From positions 29,766-93,765 of the forward strand of contig JANNXQ010000273.1 of the NCBI GenBank assembly GCA_031409655.1: 64,000 nucleotides of DNA, in the 5' to 3' direction. The stretch is from Chthoniobacteraceae bacterium. Its GTDB lineage: Bacteria > Verrucomicrobiota > Verrucomicrobiia > Chthoniobacterales > Chthoniobacteraceae. The translations under genes and the position numbers were made by a program. Positions 18,754 through 29,062 of this stretch are shown here, in pieces (within the stretch, counting starts at the first letter, position 1; every line of letters starts with the position of its first letter). The notes under the pieces are model-generated. The model was not told the DNA's origin. It was given only the letters and a program-made list of their open reading frames with translations, and ran no database searches.

Positions 18754-21501
18754 ATGTCCACCAGTCTCATTCCGCCCGTTCCAGGTCAGCGTTGGGTCAG
18801 CGATAGCGAGCCGGAGCTCGGGCTCGGGATGATCCTGCGCGTGGAGAGCGGGCGCGTGGAGATCCATTTCCCCGCGGCCAACGAGCAGCGCCACTACGCC
18901 ATGAAGACCGCGCCCCTGCGTCGCGTGCTCTTCCAGGAAGGCGAACGCATCAAGCTGCACGATGGCGCCGAGTTGCTCGTCGATCGCGTGGAAGATCGCG
19001 CCGGCGTGCTTTTCTACCACACCGCCGGACGCGAGGTGCCGGAGGCGGAACTCTCGGACAAGATCAGCTTCAGCAAACCCGAGGAGCGCCTGCTCGCGGG
19101 TCAGGTGGATGAATTGCCGACCTTCGAGCTGCGCGCCGAGGCCCTGCGCTGGCGCAGCCGGATGCAGCAGTCGCCCGTGCGCGGCTTCGTCGGCGGACGC
19201 GTGGATCTCATCCCACATCAGCTTTCCATCGCTGGCGAAGTGGCTGCGCGCCTCATCCCGCGCGTCCTCCTCGCGGATGAAGTGGGCCTCGGGAAGACCA
19301 TCGAAGCCGGCCTCATCCTGCACCGGCTGCACCTCACCGGGCGCGCGAGCCGCGTGCTCATCCTCGTCCCCGAGCCGCTCATCCATCAGTGGTTCGTCGA
19401 GCTGCTCCGTCGTTTTAATATGCTCTTCAGCCTCTTCGACGAAGAGCGCTGCGCCTCCATCGCGCGGCTCGACGCGGAGGCCAATCCCTTCCTCGATAGC
19501 CAGCTCGTGATCTGCAGCGTGGACTTCCTCGCGGGAAATGCGGAGCGCTCGCGGCAGGCGCTGGAGGCGGGCTGGGAGCTGCTCGTCGTCGATGAAGCGC
19601 ATCATCTCGAATGGAAACCGGAAGCTGCTAGTCCGGCCTACACTCTCGTGGAATCCTTTGCCACCCGGACTCCCGGCCTGCTCCTGCTCACCGCCACGCC
19701 GCAGCAGCTCGGGCCCGAGGGCCACTTCGCGCGGCTGCGCCTGCTCGATCCCGAGCGTTACGCGAGCCTCGAGACTTTCCTCGGCGAAGCCGAACACTAC
19801 GAGGAAGTGGCGAAAGCCGTGGATCGCCTCATCGCCGGCAAGCCGCTGACCAAGGCCGATCAAAAGCTCTTCGGCGGACACTCCGCGCGCATCCGGAAAC
19901 ACTCCGAAGAACTCGCCTCCGGCTCGGAAGACGCCCGGCAGCGACTGATCTCCGACTTACTCGATGGCTTCGGTCCCGGCCGCGTGATGTTTCGGAATAC
20001 CCGCGCCGCGCTCCGCGGTTTCCCCGAGCGCAAGCCGCGGCTCGTGCGCGTGGAAGCAAAAGCGGGCCTCGACGAGACGGCCGCGAAAGTGAAGTGGCTC
20101 GTCACGCTTTTGAAAAAGCTCGGCGAGGCCAAGCTGCTCCTCATCTGCCGCACCCGCGCGCTCGTGGAGAAAATCCACGACCGCCTGCAGCAGGAGTTGA
20201 GCGTGAAGTGCGCGCTCTTTCACGAAGGGCTCACCCTCCTCCAGCGCGATCGCAATGCCGCTTACTTCGCCGAGGCCGAGGGCGCGCGGCTGCTCCTCTG
20301 CTCCGAGATCGGCAGCGAGGGCCGCAACTTCCAATTCGCGCATCATCTCGTCCTTTTCGATCTGCCCACCAATCCCGAACTGCTCGAACAGCGCATCGGC
20401 CGCCTCGACCGCATCGGCCAGAGCGACACCATCCAGATCCACGTGCCCTGGCTCCCGCGCACCGCCTCCGAGGTGCTCGCACACTGGTATGCCGATGGTC
20501 TGAACGCCTTCGCGGAAAACCTCCACGGCGCCTCCGAGATCGCCCGCGCCGTCGCGCCCGAACTCGAAGCCTTGCTCGCCGAATACGACGCCGATGGCCT
20601 CAAGGCACTCATCGAGCACTCCCGCGAGGAGCGTCGCCGCGTCGTCCGCAAACTGGAGCGCGGCTACGATCGCCTGCTGGAACTCAACTCCTGCCAGACC
20701 GAACGCGCCGCCGCCCTCGCCGCGCAGATCCGTGCCGCCGATCTCGACGCGACCTTCGAAGACTTCATGGTCCGCCTGCTCGATCATTTCGGCGTGCAGG
20801 TCGAAGACTTGAGCAGTCGCAGTTACATCTTCCGTCCCGGTGCGCTCATCACCGATGCCTTCCCTGCCCTGCCCGAGGAAGGCCTCTCCGTGACCTTCGA
20901 CCGCGCCAAGGCCCTGAGCCGCGACGACCTCGGATTCATGACCTGGGATCACCCGCTGGTCCGCGGCGCGCTCGATCTCCTGCTCAGCGGCGAAGCGGGC
21001 AACGCTGGCTTTGGCCAGTGGAAGTTACCCGGCAGCGAAGCCATCCTGCTGGAGATCTGGGCCATCGTGGAATGCGTCGCGCCTGCCGCGCTGCACGTCG
21101 AACGTTTCCTCCCCGCGAAGCCCCTCCGCATCGTCGTCGATCACAGCCTGAAAGACCTGAGCGAAGATCCCGCCGTCGCCGCACCGAAGCTCGAAAAGGG
21201 CGACGTCTTCCGCCTGCTCGACCGCGGCGCGATCAAAAAGAAGCTCCTCCCGCAGATGCTGGAAAAAGCCCTGCGCCTCGCCACGGAGAAGATGACCGCC
21301 ACCGTCACCAAGGCCAGCGAGACCGCTTCGTTACAGCTCCAGGGCGAGATCGAGCGCCTCGAAGACCTCCGCGAAATCAACACCCACGTCACCCCGGAAG
21401 AGATCAGCGCGATCAAGGAACAAAGCACCGCCCTGCAAGCCGCCATCACCACCGCCCGCCTGCGCCTCGGCGCCCTGCGCTTGATCCTGCGGATGCCATG
21501 A
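18754..21501 (+). CDS. rapA: RNA polymerase-associated SNF2 ATPase RapA
   Basis: [70 protein letters not shown]. Confidence 0.95.
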   Translation: MSTSLIPPVPGQRWVSDSEPELGLGMILRVESGRVEIHFPAANEQRHYAMKTAPLRRVLFQEGERIKLHDGAELLVDRVEDRAGVLFYHTAGREVPEAELSDKISFSKPEERLLAGQVDELPTFELRAEALRWRSRMQQSPVRGFVGGRVDLIPHQLSIAGEVAARLIPRVLLADEVGLGKTIEAGLILHRLHLTGRASRVLILVPEPLIHQWFVELLRRFNMLFSLFDEERCASIARLDAEANPFLDSQLVICSVDFLAGNAERSRQALEAGWELLVVDEAHHLEWKPEAASPAYTLVESFATRTPGLLLLTATPQQLGPEGHFARLRLLDPERYASLETFLGEAEHYEEVAKAVDRLIAGKPLTKADQKLFGGHSARIRKHSEELASGSEDARQRLISDLLDGFGPGRVMFRNTRAALRGFPERKPRLVRVEAKAGLDETAAKVKWLVTLLKKLGEAKLLLICRTRALVEKIHDRLQQELSVKCALFHEGLTLLQRDRNAAYFAEAEGARLLLCSEIGSEGRNFQFAHHLVLFDLPTNPELLEQRIGRLDRIGQSDTIQIHVPWLPRTASEVLAHWYADGLNAFAENLHGASEIARAVAPELEALLAEYDADGLKALIEHSREERRRVVRKLERGYDRLLELNSCQTERAAALAAQIRAADLDATFEDFMVRLLDHFGVQVEDLSSRSYIFRPGALITDAFPALPEEGLSVTFDRAKALSRDDLGFMTWDHPLVRGALDLLLSGEAGNAGFGQWKLPGSEAILLEIWAIVECVAPAALHVERFLPAKPLRIVVDHSLKDLSEDPAVAAPKLEKGDVFRLLDRGAIKKKLLPQMLEKALRLATEKMTATVTKASETASLQLQGEIERLEDLREINTHVTPEEISAIKEQSTALQAAITTARLRLGALRLILRMP

Positions 21502-21728
21502 AGCAACCCGCGAACAAAGACCCCCTCCACGGCATCACCCTGGAAAAAATCATCGTCGCGTTAGTCGAACACTTCGGCTGGGACGAACTCGGCCGCTGCG
21601 TGGACATCCGCTGCTTCCAACTCAACCCCAGCGTGCAAAGCAGCCTGAAATTCCTCCGCAAAACCCCCTGGGCGCGGAAGAAGGTGGAAGACCTCTACGT
21701 CGGGATGGTCACGCTGCGCGAAGGTTGA
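21498..21728 (+). CDS. VF530/DUF2132 family small DNA-binding protein
   Basis: [11 protein letters not shown]...GWDEL...[26 protein letters not shown] overlap with rapA. Confidence 0.88.
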   Translation: MKQPANKDPLHGITLEKIIVALVEHFGWDELGRCVDIRCFQLNPSVQSSLKFLRKTPWARKKVEDLYVGMVTLREG

Positions 21729-21754
21729 AGGATAGTTCCCGCAGGCGCTGAATT

Positions 21755-22273
21755 TTGCCGCCAGACTGGCTCGCGAGCGGCTATTTTTCCCGGTCTGTGC
21801 CGGCTTCCCATTCTCGTCTCTCTGCCAAAATCTGGCTGTGCGCCCTGTTGGCGATGGCGGCGATTGGCGTTGCAAATTGGAACCGGGGCTTCGCGGGACT
21901 CGCGCCAAACGGGCGCTCACCCGACGCTTCTTCCGAGGCGATCTTTGCCCTGCTGACCAACGAACGCGAGGTGCCGCGCCGTTTGCTGGAGGTCGTGGCG
22001 AAGCTCCCTTCCGACCGCGGGCTGCTGGTCCTGCAGCCACGCGAGAATCTTACCACTTCCCTGCCGTCGATGATGCTCGCTTATGCGCTCTGCCATCGGC
22101 CAGTAGTCATCCGGGAGGCGGCACTGACGGACACGCCCGCAGCCGTGGAGGAGCTGCGCAAAATTTTCGCCGCGGTGATTTTCGTCGGGCAAAATCCACC
22201 GTCGTCTTTTCCTCCGGCGCAGCACTTCGGACTGGCCATCGCCCTCGTGCCGCTGACGACGATCGAACCATGA
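21755..22273 (+). CDS. Hypothetical membrane-anchored protein (start uncertain)
   Basis: N-terminal hydrophobic helix; ATGA overlap with the next gene. Confidence 0.55.
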   Translation: MPPDWLASGYFSRSVPASHSRLSAKIWLCALLAMAAIGVANWNRGFAGLAPNGRSPDASSEAIFALLTNEREVPRRLLEVVAKLPSDRGLLVLQPRENLTTSLPSMMLAYALCHRPVVIREAALTDTPAAVEELRKIFAAVIFVGQNPPSSFPPAQHFGLAIALVPLTTIEP

Positions 22274-23613
22274 ACGGCCTCGCGCTGCTGGCCGCATTCG
22301 CCGTGATTTTCTGCGCGGGCTATGGCCTGGCGCGCTGGCTCTTGAGAGGCGCGGTGCGCGTGTGGTCCTTCGAGCTGCTCGGCTACTCATGGCTCTTCGG
22401 GACGGGTCTCGTCTCGGTCCTGCTCGCGGTGGGCGGGATGGGCTTGCGCGGGCCGATGCTCGTCACGGTCGTCTCCCTGGCGAGTGCCTCCCTCGGACTC
22501 GCCGGGATGCGGAAATCTCGCGCCGAACGCCGGCCCCGCTTTTTCCCCGAGGGCACGAAGCCCTGGGAGATCGCCCTCACGTTTCTCGCACTCGTGCCGA
22601 TCGCCTTTCTCAGTGGGCAGACTTTCCGCGAGACCCTGCACTGGGACGGCTTGCTGATCTGGGAGATCAAGGCGCGGATTGCCTTCCAAAACGGAGGCGC
22701 CATTCCGCTAACTTACTTCCCCGATGTGCGGCTGCTCTGGTCGCATCCCGCCTATCCCTTGTATCTGCCGATGCTCGAGTTGTGGGTCTATCTCTGGCTC
22801 GGCGAGATGGACCAGTTTTTGGTGAAGGCACTTTCCCCGATCTTCTACCTCGCGACAGCCTGCGTGCTCTGGTCCGCGGGCTTGCGGCTGACCGGGCGGG
22901 TCTGGCTGGGGTCCGTGGCCGCGCTGCTGCTCTTTGCGATTCCGCGAGTCGTCGGCGCCCAAGGTGGCGTGCTGCAGGGCTACGCGGATTTCCCACTGGC
23001 GGGCATCTATCTCGCGGCCTTTGCCGCGCTCCTGCTCAGTGTCGATGGCGAGCGCTGCTGGGTGCAGGTCGCGGCGCTTGTCTCCGGGCTGCTTCCATGG
23101 GTGAAGGTGGAGGGTCTGGTGCTCTGGGGATGTTTTGCAATCACCGCTGCCTGGCTCTGGCGCCGCGACTGGCGGGCCGCGCTGGTGCTGATCGCGCCGG
23201 GACTCGTGACCCTCCTCGCGTGGCGCGCATTCCTCAGCTTCGCCGAAGTCGCGCCCGAGACGACCTTCCAGCCGCTCGCCATCGAGACGCTCGGGAGAAA
23301 CCTGACGCGCCTCCCTCCCTTGCTCCATCGGTTCGGCGAGGAACTCCTCCGTCTCTCCGCCTGGAACCTTTTGTGGCCCCTCGTCGCCGCGGCCCTCGGG
23401 GTCTTGCTTTGGCAGCGTCAGCGCGCCGCCATCCCGCTCACCATAGGCATCATCGCTCCACTGACGCTCTATCTCGTCCCGTATCTTTTCACGACGTTCC
23501 AGCCGTGGGAAATGCACGTCGAGACATCACTCGACCGCCTCATCCTGCAAGTCGCACCACTCGCTCTCCTCCCGCTCGTGCTCGTGCTCGGTGAGAAAAA
23601 GGGGGCACCGTGA
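22270..23613 (+). CDS. Polytopic membrane protein, GT-C (ArnT/PMT-like) glycosyltransferase-like
   Basis: Many TM helices; WDGLLIWEIKA, SHPAYPL, GYADFPL, KVEG motifs. Confidence 0.7.
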   Translation: MNGLALLAAFAVIFCAGYGLARWLLRGAVRVWSFELLGYSWLFGTGLVSVLLAVGGMGLRGPMLVTVVSLASASLGLAGMRKSRAERRPRFFPEGTKPWEIALTFLALVPIAFLSGQTFRETLHWDGLLIWEIKARIAFQNGGAIPLTYFPDVRLLWSHPAYPLYLPMLELWVYLWLGEMDQFLVKALSPIFYLATACVLWSAGLRLTGRVWLGSVAALLLFAIPRVVGAQGGVLQGYADFPLAGIYLAAFAALLLSVDGERCWVQVAALVSGLLPWVKVEGLVLWGCFAITAAWLWRRDWRAALVLIAPGLVTLLAWRAFLSFAEVAPETTFQPLAIETLGRNLTRLPPLLHRFGEELLRLSAWNLLWPLVAAALGVLLWQRQRAAIPLTIGIIAPLTLYLVPYLFTTFQPWEMHVETSLDRLILQVAPLALLPLVLVLGEKKGAP

Positions 23614-23622
23614 TGGCTCCCG

Positions 23623-24510
23623 TCAGTCCGTATGCTTCGGCGCGCGCACCGTGCCTTCCGCCAAGGCGCGAGCGCGCCGATCCACGATGCGCGCCGCCAC
23701 TTCAGCGACCATCTGCTCGAGCAGGCAGCGCAAGTGCGAACCCTTCCGATAATCCGCCGGCGCGATGTGCCGCACCCGGTCGGCATGGGTGGAAAGTTGG
23801 TAGCACTTTTTAAAAGAGGACCGCGACGGATCCTCCGGATTGTACACCGCGATGGCGTGCCCACCGTGCTGCCGCACCACGGTGAAACACGGGACATCCG
23901 TAGGCCCGTCGCCGATGTAGATCATGTGCTCAAATGGCACCGGCCGCAGCTCCGCAGGCATGTGGTCATTCACATCCTCCGAGTATTCGAGCATCCCCTT
24001 ATTGATGCGGAAGAGGAATTGCGTTTTCTGCGTATGGGAGATCACCCGGCGCGGAAAAGTGATCCGGCCTTCGCGATCTTCGGCAAATTCACAACCGAAG
24101 ATCGCGCGCACATACGGCGCGAGTCGCGAGCCTTCGATCAGCGCCTTCAGGCCGCTGGAGATGATGTAGTGCTCCACGTGAATGCCGTGCGCCTCATGCT
24201 GCGCATCGAGCAGGGTCGTCTTGAATTCATCGAACATCTCCGGCAGGCCGGGGAAAAAATTGAGCCGCCCACCCAGCGCGCGCAGTTCGGCATTGGTCGG
24301 CCGATCCATGTCGAGGTAGTCGAGCAGCGCCTTCATGTAAGCCAGCTCATTGTCGTAACCGTCGTCCTTGACCAGCGCATGGCACCGCGCCCAAAACTTC
24401 TTCGCGTCGATGCCGAACTTCGGAAAGAGCACCTCGTCCTGCATGTAGTTCGGCGAAAGTGTCTGATCGTAGTCATAGACGATCGCGATGGTGTTTTGGG
24501 GAGCGGGCAT
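23623..24510 (-). CDS. HAD-superfamily hydrolase
   Basis: YDYDQTL (DxD), IISSG, K(TQFLFRINKG), YIGDGPTDVP. Confidence 0.88.
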   Translation of the reverse strand: MPAPQNTIAIVYDYDQTLSPNYMQDEVLFPKFGIDAKKFWARCHALVKDDGYDNELAYMKALLDYLDMDRPTNAELRALGGRLNFFPGLPEMFDEFKTTLLDAQHEAHGIHVEHYIISSGLKALIEGSRLAPYVRAIFGCEFAEDREGRITFPRRVISHTQKTQFLFRINKGMLEYSEDVNDHMPAELRPVPFEHMIYIGDGPTDVPCFTVVRQHGGHAIAVYNPEDPSRSSFKKCYQLSTHADRVRHIAPADYRKGSHLRCLLEQMVAEVAARIVDRRARALAEGTVRAPKHTD

Positions 24511-24641
24511 GGGTCGAGCGGTGGAGTGACCTCCAACCAAATCCCAAATGTTTGAAATCCTAAAGTCTGGAATGAGATCCTTCACTGGTCTCTACTCCGT
24601 GCTCTATGCCCACACCTTCTCAGAAATCGAATCCAACCAAA

Positions 24642-24968
24642 ATGTTGGTGGTCTCCATCCCTCACGTTCCTGGCTGGAGGGTCGTCAAAACATTGGGACT
24701 CGTCTCCGGTGAAGCGATTCTCGGCGCGAATGTCTTTCGTGATTTCTTCGCGAGCGTTCGCGATGTCGTTGGCGGGCGCTCGGGCGGTTATGAGACGTGC
24801 CTGCGTGACGCAAAGTCCATCGCGATGGACGAAATGCGCGCTCATGCCGCGAAGCGCGGCGGAAATGCGGTGCTCGGCGCGGACCTCGATTACGAAAACA
24901 TCGGCGGAATGCTGATGGTGTGTGCGAGCGGAACTGCTGTGGAGATCGAACCCGAGGCGAATCCGTAA
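24642..24968 (+). CDS. YbjQ/UPF0145 family protein
   Basis: LGLVSGEAILGANVFRDFFASVRDVVGGRSGGYE, GGNAVLG, MLMVCASGTAV. Alternative start at 24606. Confidence 0.9.
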   Translation: MLVVSIPHVPGWRVVKTLGLVSGEAILGANVFRDFFASVRDVVGGRSGGYETCLRDAKSIAMDEMRAHAAKRGGNAVLGADLDYENIGGMLMVCASGTAVEIEPEANP

Positions 24969-25844
24969 CTACGCGAGAATTCCGCGCGCCGCCCCGCCCA
25001 ACTCGGGGAAGCGGAAGCCAAAGCCGTGGGCTGTCGCTGCGGCGGGGAGCACGCGTTTGCTGTCGAGCAACTCCGCGGAAAAGCCGCCAAGCGCGGCTTT
25101 CAAGACAAACGCCGGGACGGACAGGAATGCCGGACGATGCAACGTGGACGCCAGGATTTTGGTGAAGTCGGCGTTGCGCACTGGCCACGGCGCGGAGGCG
25201 TTGAGCGGACCGGAGACGTCGAGATTCTCGATGGCGAAGAGCGCGAGCGTGACCCAGTCGTCGAGATGGATCCACGACATCCATTGCTGGCCGCCGCCGA
25301 GGCGCCCGCCGAGGCCGAGGCGGAAGGCGGGCGTCATCGCGCGCAAAGCTCCGCCGTCGCCGAGGACGATGGAAGTGCGCATGAGGACGGTGCGCACGCC
25401 CTGGGCCTTGGTGGCCTCGGCTTCCCAAGCCTGGGTCGTCTCGGCGAGGAAACCCCGACCGACCGGCGAACTCTCGGTGAGTTCCTCCTCGCCGCGATCT
25501 CCGTAGAAGCCAATCGCGGATCCGCTCAGAAAGACTTCCGGCTTCGCTGCCAAGGCCCCGATGGCCTCCACGATCCGCCGCGTCCCGAGCACCCGACTCG
25601 CGATGATGCGCTGCTTTTTCCCCGCAGTCCAAAGCCCCACCACCGACTCGCCAGCGAGATGCACGATGGCCTCGCAACCGTGCAGATCGGGCGGCTTCTC
25701 GAGCGTGAAACGCCGCATCTCGCAGCCCGGGAGGGCGCGCTCGGGGCTCCGGGAAAAGGCGACGATTTCATGCCCGCGCCGCAAGGCGACATCAAGGAAG
25801 CGGCGGCCCAGAAAGCCAGTGGCGCCGGTGAGGCCGATGATCAT
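24969..25844 (-). CDS. TIGR01777-family NAD-dependent epimerase
   Basis: TGATGFLG, HLAGE, SAIGFYG, GLGGRLGGGQQWMSWIH. Confidence 0.92.
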   Translation of the reverse strand: MIIGLTGATGFLGRRFLDVALRRGHEIVAFSRSPERALPGCEMRRFTLEKPPDLHGCEAIVHLAGESVVGLWTAGKKQRIIASRVLGTRRIVEAIGALAAKPEVFLSGSAIGFYGDRGEEELTESSPVGRGFLAETTQAWEAEATKAQGVRTVLMRTSIVLGDGGALRAMTPAFRLGLGGRLGGGQQWMSWIHLDDWVTLALFAIENLDVSGPLNASAPWPVRNADFTKILASTLHRPAFLSVPAFVLKAALGGFSAELLDSKRVLPAAATAHGFGFRFPELGGAARGILA

Positions 25845-25852
25845 TCGCGGCT

Positions 25853-26890
25853 TCAGTCAAACTGCCGATCCAGCCAACTGAAGGGGAAACGATTTCCCGG
25901 GCAATCGGTCGGCCAGCGGGGCGGATTGATCTGCCGATGCGCCCGCACGACGGCGACTTTTCCCTCCGTCTTGCCCACCCGCTTCCGCAGATAAGTGATG
26001 AGTTCATCGAGCGCCTCGAGCTGTCGCTTCGTCGGTTTGTCGCGGTTGAAATCGCCGACGAGACAAATCCCGAGCGCGATATTGTTGAGGTAGTCACTAT
26101 GGACGTGGCCGCCATTCACCTGCCGGCGCCAGCGGTTGCCGATCTCGATCTGACCATCGCCGCTGGAGCTGCCGTTGCCGATGACAAATTGGTAGGCCAT
26201 GCCATTCGGCATCTTCCGGACGTAGCGATGGTAGTAGTCGAAGGCTTTCGCATTCCCCTGCCGCGTGCCGCTGTTGTGGACGACGAGGTAACGCCAGCGG
26301 CTCTTTTTCACCGGGGCCTTGTCGATCTCCTTCTGATTCGTGCCCGTGAGATATTTGTAGCGCCGAAATCCCCACCAACTGTTCTTGGGCGCATCGACCA
26401 CTGGCTCGAGCTCTTGCTCGGTCTTTTTCTCGATCAGGATGGGAGCCCTGGGGGTGGGCTGCGGTCTCTCGACAGGGGGCTTCGGAGTCGGCGGTTTCGG
26501 GCTGGGCGTCGCGGGCTTGGGCGTCGCTGGAGCCGGCGTGACTGCCGGACGCGGACGAGGTGTGGCCTCTGGCTCGGGCTCGGGTTTGGGGCGTGGTTTG
26601 GGCGGCATTTCCGGCTCCGGTTTTGGCGTGGTCGGCCGCGGTGTCGCTGGCCGCGGCGTGGCTGGCCGCGGTGTCGTCGGCTCGGGCGTCGTCGGAGGCC
26701 GGACGGGCTTCGGCTTGGGCCGCGGCGTCGCTTGCGGTGCGGGCGAGGCGGGCATCGTTTTGATCTCTTCCCGCGCCTTGAGAAAGGCCCGCTTTTTCTG
26801 CTCCTCCGTCAACGGCCGACTCTGCTGCGCGCGGGTCACGGGGCTCACGAGGAGCCCCAGCACGCTGAGCAGCAGCAAGAATTTTCGCAC
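25853..26890 (-). CDS. Secreted N-acetylmuramoyl-L-alanine amidase (Amidase_2) with Pro-rich linker
   Basis: Signal peptide; VVHNSG, AYQFVIGNG, IEIGNRW, GICLVGDF, AH...TDCPG. GTG start at 26890 inferred. Confidence 0.85.
   Translation of the reverse strand: MRKFLLLLSVLGLLVSPVTRAQQSRPLTEEQKKRAFLKAREEIKTMPASPAPQATPRPKPKPVRPPTTPEPTTPRPATPRPATPRPTTPKPEPEMPPKPRPKPEPEPEATPRPRPAVTPAPATPKPATPSPKPPTPKPPVERPQPTPRAPILIEKKTEQELEPVVDAPKNSWWGFRRYKYLTGTNQKEIDKAPVKKSRWRYLVVHNSGTRQGNAKAFDYYHRYVRKMPNGMAYQFVIGNGSSSGDGQIEIGNRWRRQVNGGHVHSDYLNNIALGICLVGDFNRDKPTKRQLEALDELITYLRKRVGKTEGKVAVVRAHRQINPPRWPTDCPGNRFPFSWLDRQFD
26625..26690 (-). repeat. 15-bp coding tandem repeat (TPRPA) in the amidase linker
   Basis: TTPRPATPRPATPRPTTPKP; (GTGGCTGGCCGCGGY)-type units on the + strand. 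Confidence 0.7.
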
Positions 26891-26997
26891 GCGGCGGATG
26901 CTATTGCCCGGCCTCCGATTGTCTATTGCGGACTTGGCATTTTCCACGCCCGCACTCGGCGATTGGCAAGCCCGCGACCCGGGTGCATTTTCATCCC

Positions 26998-27441
26998 ATG
27001 AACCAAGGCCAGCATTCGTTTCTGACCCGGTGGATCTGCACCACCATCGCCGTGGCGATCGCCGTTTACCTCACCGACATGACGGTCACGGGCTGGCTCC
27101 CGCTCGTCGTCACGGCGCTGGTCTTCGGCGTCATCAATGCCGTGGTGCGCCCCATCCTGCTGCTCCTCAGCGTGCCCTTCATCGTCGTCACGCTCGGCCT
27201 TTTCATTCTGGTCCTGAATGCCTTTCTGCTCTGGCTGGCGGGCGGCCTCGTGCCCGGCTTCATCGTGGGCGGATTTTGGAATGCCTTTTTCGGTGCCATC
27301 ATCGTGAGTCTCGTGAACTGGGCGCTGAGCATTTTCACCAAAGGTACCGACGGCGAATACCGCATCCTCACGCAGCGTGGAGAGGTCCGCAAAGGTGGGA
27401 TGAAGCAGGTCGAAGGAAGGGTGCTGGGGGAAAAGGATTGA
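26998..27441 (+). CDS. YvlD-like four-TM membrane protein (phage holin family 4)
   Basis: FGVINAVVRPILLLLSVPFIVVTLGLFILVLNAFLL, VPGF, FWNAFFGAII. Confidence 0.88.
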   Translation: MNQGQHSFLTRWICTTIAVAIAVYLTDMTVTGWLPLVVTALVFGVINAVVRPILLLLSVPFIVVTLGLFILVLNAFLLWLAGGLVPGFIVGGFWNAFFGAIIVSLVNWALSIFTKGTDGEYRILTQRGEVRKGGMKQVEGRVLGEKD

Positions 27442-27473
27442 GCCACCGCCACGAGGCACCGGCGTGAATTTGG

Positions 27474-27506
27474 TTCATCCTTCACCCTTCATCCTTCATC
27501 CTTTCC
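27474..27506 (+). repeat. Tandem heptamer run (TTCATCC)n
   Basis: TTCATCC TTCACCC TTCATCC TTCATCC TTTCC immediately before the Anbu start codon. Confidence 0.7.
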
Positions 27507-27509
27507 CGA

Positions 27510-28283
27510 ATGACTTACTGCCTCAGCCTCCTCTGCCGCGAAGGAATGGTCTGCATCTCGGACTCCCGCACCAGCGCGGGGGTGGACAATATCACCGTGC
27601 AATCGAAGATGCGGGTCTTCGCCGAGGAAGGGCAACGCGTGCTCTGCCTCATGACCTCCGGGAATCTTTCCCTCAGCCAGACCGTGCTCTCGCTTATCGA
27701 AGAGGATCTCCTGCGTGGAAAAGTGGAGCCCGAGATTCAACATCTGATGAATCGATCGACGATCTTTGAGACCGCGCGCTACGTGGGCCAAAAGATCCGG
27801 CAGGTTGCCGAACTCGACCGGGCCGCGCTGGAGGCCAATGGCCTTGCCTTCAACGTGAACATCCTCGTCGGTGGCCAGATCGCCGGACTGCCACCCCAAA
27901 GCTTCCTCGTTTATCCCCAGGGAAATTCGCTGCACACCACCGTCTCCGCGCCCTTCCTGCAGATCGGCGAATTCAAATACGGCAAGCCCATCCTCGACCG
28001 CGGCTTCCACTACGGGACGCACCTCTCCGAAGCCGTGAAGCTCGGCATCCTCTCCATGGAGGCGACGATGAAAAGTAACGTCGCCGTCGGCCCTCCCATC
28101 GACGTTTTCGTGCTCGAGACCGACTCCCTCGCCGTGCGCAAGCGCGTGCGCATCGAAGAGAATGACCACTACCTGCGCACCATTCAGGAAAAGTGGGGAA
28201 CGGGAATCGTCCGACTCGTCGAAGAGATGCCGGGACTGCCATTCCCAGACGCGCCCTTCCAGCCAGGGGCGATGCTCCCATGA
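27510..28283 (+). CDS. Proteasome-type Ntn protease (Anbu)
   Basis: MTYCL (Thr nucleophile after Met removal), SDSRTSAGVDNI, SGNLS, VYPQGN, QIGEFKYGKPILDR, SNVAVGPPID. Confidence 0.92.
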   Translation: MTYCLSLLCREGMVCISDSRTSAGVDNITVQSKMRVFAEEGQRVLCLMTSGNLSLSQTVLSLIEEDLLRGKVEPEIQHLMNRSTIFETARYVGQKIRQVAELDRAALEANGLAFNVNILVGGQIAGLPPQSFLVYPQGNSLHTTVSAPFLQIGEFKYGKPILDRGFHYGTHLSEAVKLGILSMEATMKSNVAVGPPIDVFVLETDSLAVRKRVRIEENDHYLRTIQEKWGTGIVRLVEEMPGLPFPDAPFQPGAMLP

Positions 28284-28939
28284 AGTCAGCGCGCGTGCGG
28301 GTCAAAGTCTGCGGAGTCACAAATCGCGAAGACGCCCTGGCGGCCATCGCGCTCGGAGCCGATGCGCTCGGCTTTAATCTCTACCCAGAATCGAAACGCG
28401 CCATCGTCCTCGATCAGGAGGCAGAGTGGATCGCCGCGCTCCCGCCCTTCGTCATGCGCGTCGCCGTGCTGGTCAATGCGCCGCTCGACGAGGCCCTCCG
28501 CGTGGCCGCCCATTCGGCGATTCATGCGGTGCAATTCCACGGCGACGAAGACCCTGAGTATTGCGCGCGTTTCGCCCGTGAATCTACCCGCCCCTTCCTC
28601 AAGGCGCTGCGTCTCCGCGATGCCGCCACTCTCAGCACTGCGACTCATTTTTCCACACCGCACCTCCTGCTCGATGCCGATGCCGGCGCAGCCTACGGCG
28701 GCGCTGGCACCCTCATCGATCTCGCTCTCGCGGCGCAATTCGCGGAGCACGCCCCGGGATCCACGCTCATCCTCGCGGGCGGATTGCGGGCAGAGAATGT
28801 GGCGGAGGCGGTGCGGAAAGTCCGACCCTTCGCCGTCGATGTCGCGAGCGGCGTGGAACTGCCCGGTGATCCGCGGAGAAAGAGCGCGGAGCGGATGGCC
28901 ACCTTCATTGCGGCGTTTGCAGGGATTGATTTGGCGTAA
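28280..28939 (+). CDS. trpF: Phosphoribosylanthranilate isomerase
   Basis: VKVCGVT, GADALGF, VQFHGDE, LAGGL, VDVASGVE. Confidence 0.93.
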   Translation: MKSARVRVKVCGVTNREDALAAIALGADALGFNLYPESKRAIVLDQEAEWIAALPPFVMRVAVLVNAPLDEALRVAAHSAIHAVQFHGDEDPEYCARFARESTRPFLKALRLRDAATLSTATHFSTPHLLLDADAGAAYGGAGTLIDLALAAQFAEHAPGSTLILAGGLRAENVAEAVRKVRPFAVDVASGVELPGDPRRKSAERMATFIAAFAGIDLA

Positions 28940-29062
28940 GCATTCCGGGCTCCGCTCACGGGGAGTTAGGTAAGGAAAAGGGTAAGATTCCCGGCCCATG
29001 CCGATGCTTGCCTGCATCGTGCTATTTCGGTTTCAAACCTATTTCAGAAATCCGCGCATACC

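Noticed and set aside
18634..19902. N-terminal ~420 aa of the 1465-aa ORF
   Set aside because: Antisense shadow of rapA; the real protein starts with a signal peptide near 18633.
20094..21497. Long Arg-rich ORF fused to the VF530 domain
   Set aside because: Off-frame shadow of rapA; the VF530 gene starts at ATG 21498.
25853..27441. Prophage lysis cassette (holin + amidase)
   Set aside because: The genes are divergent, the amidase has its own signal peptide, YvlD-like proteins are common chromosomal genes, and no phage genes are nearby.
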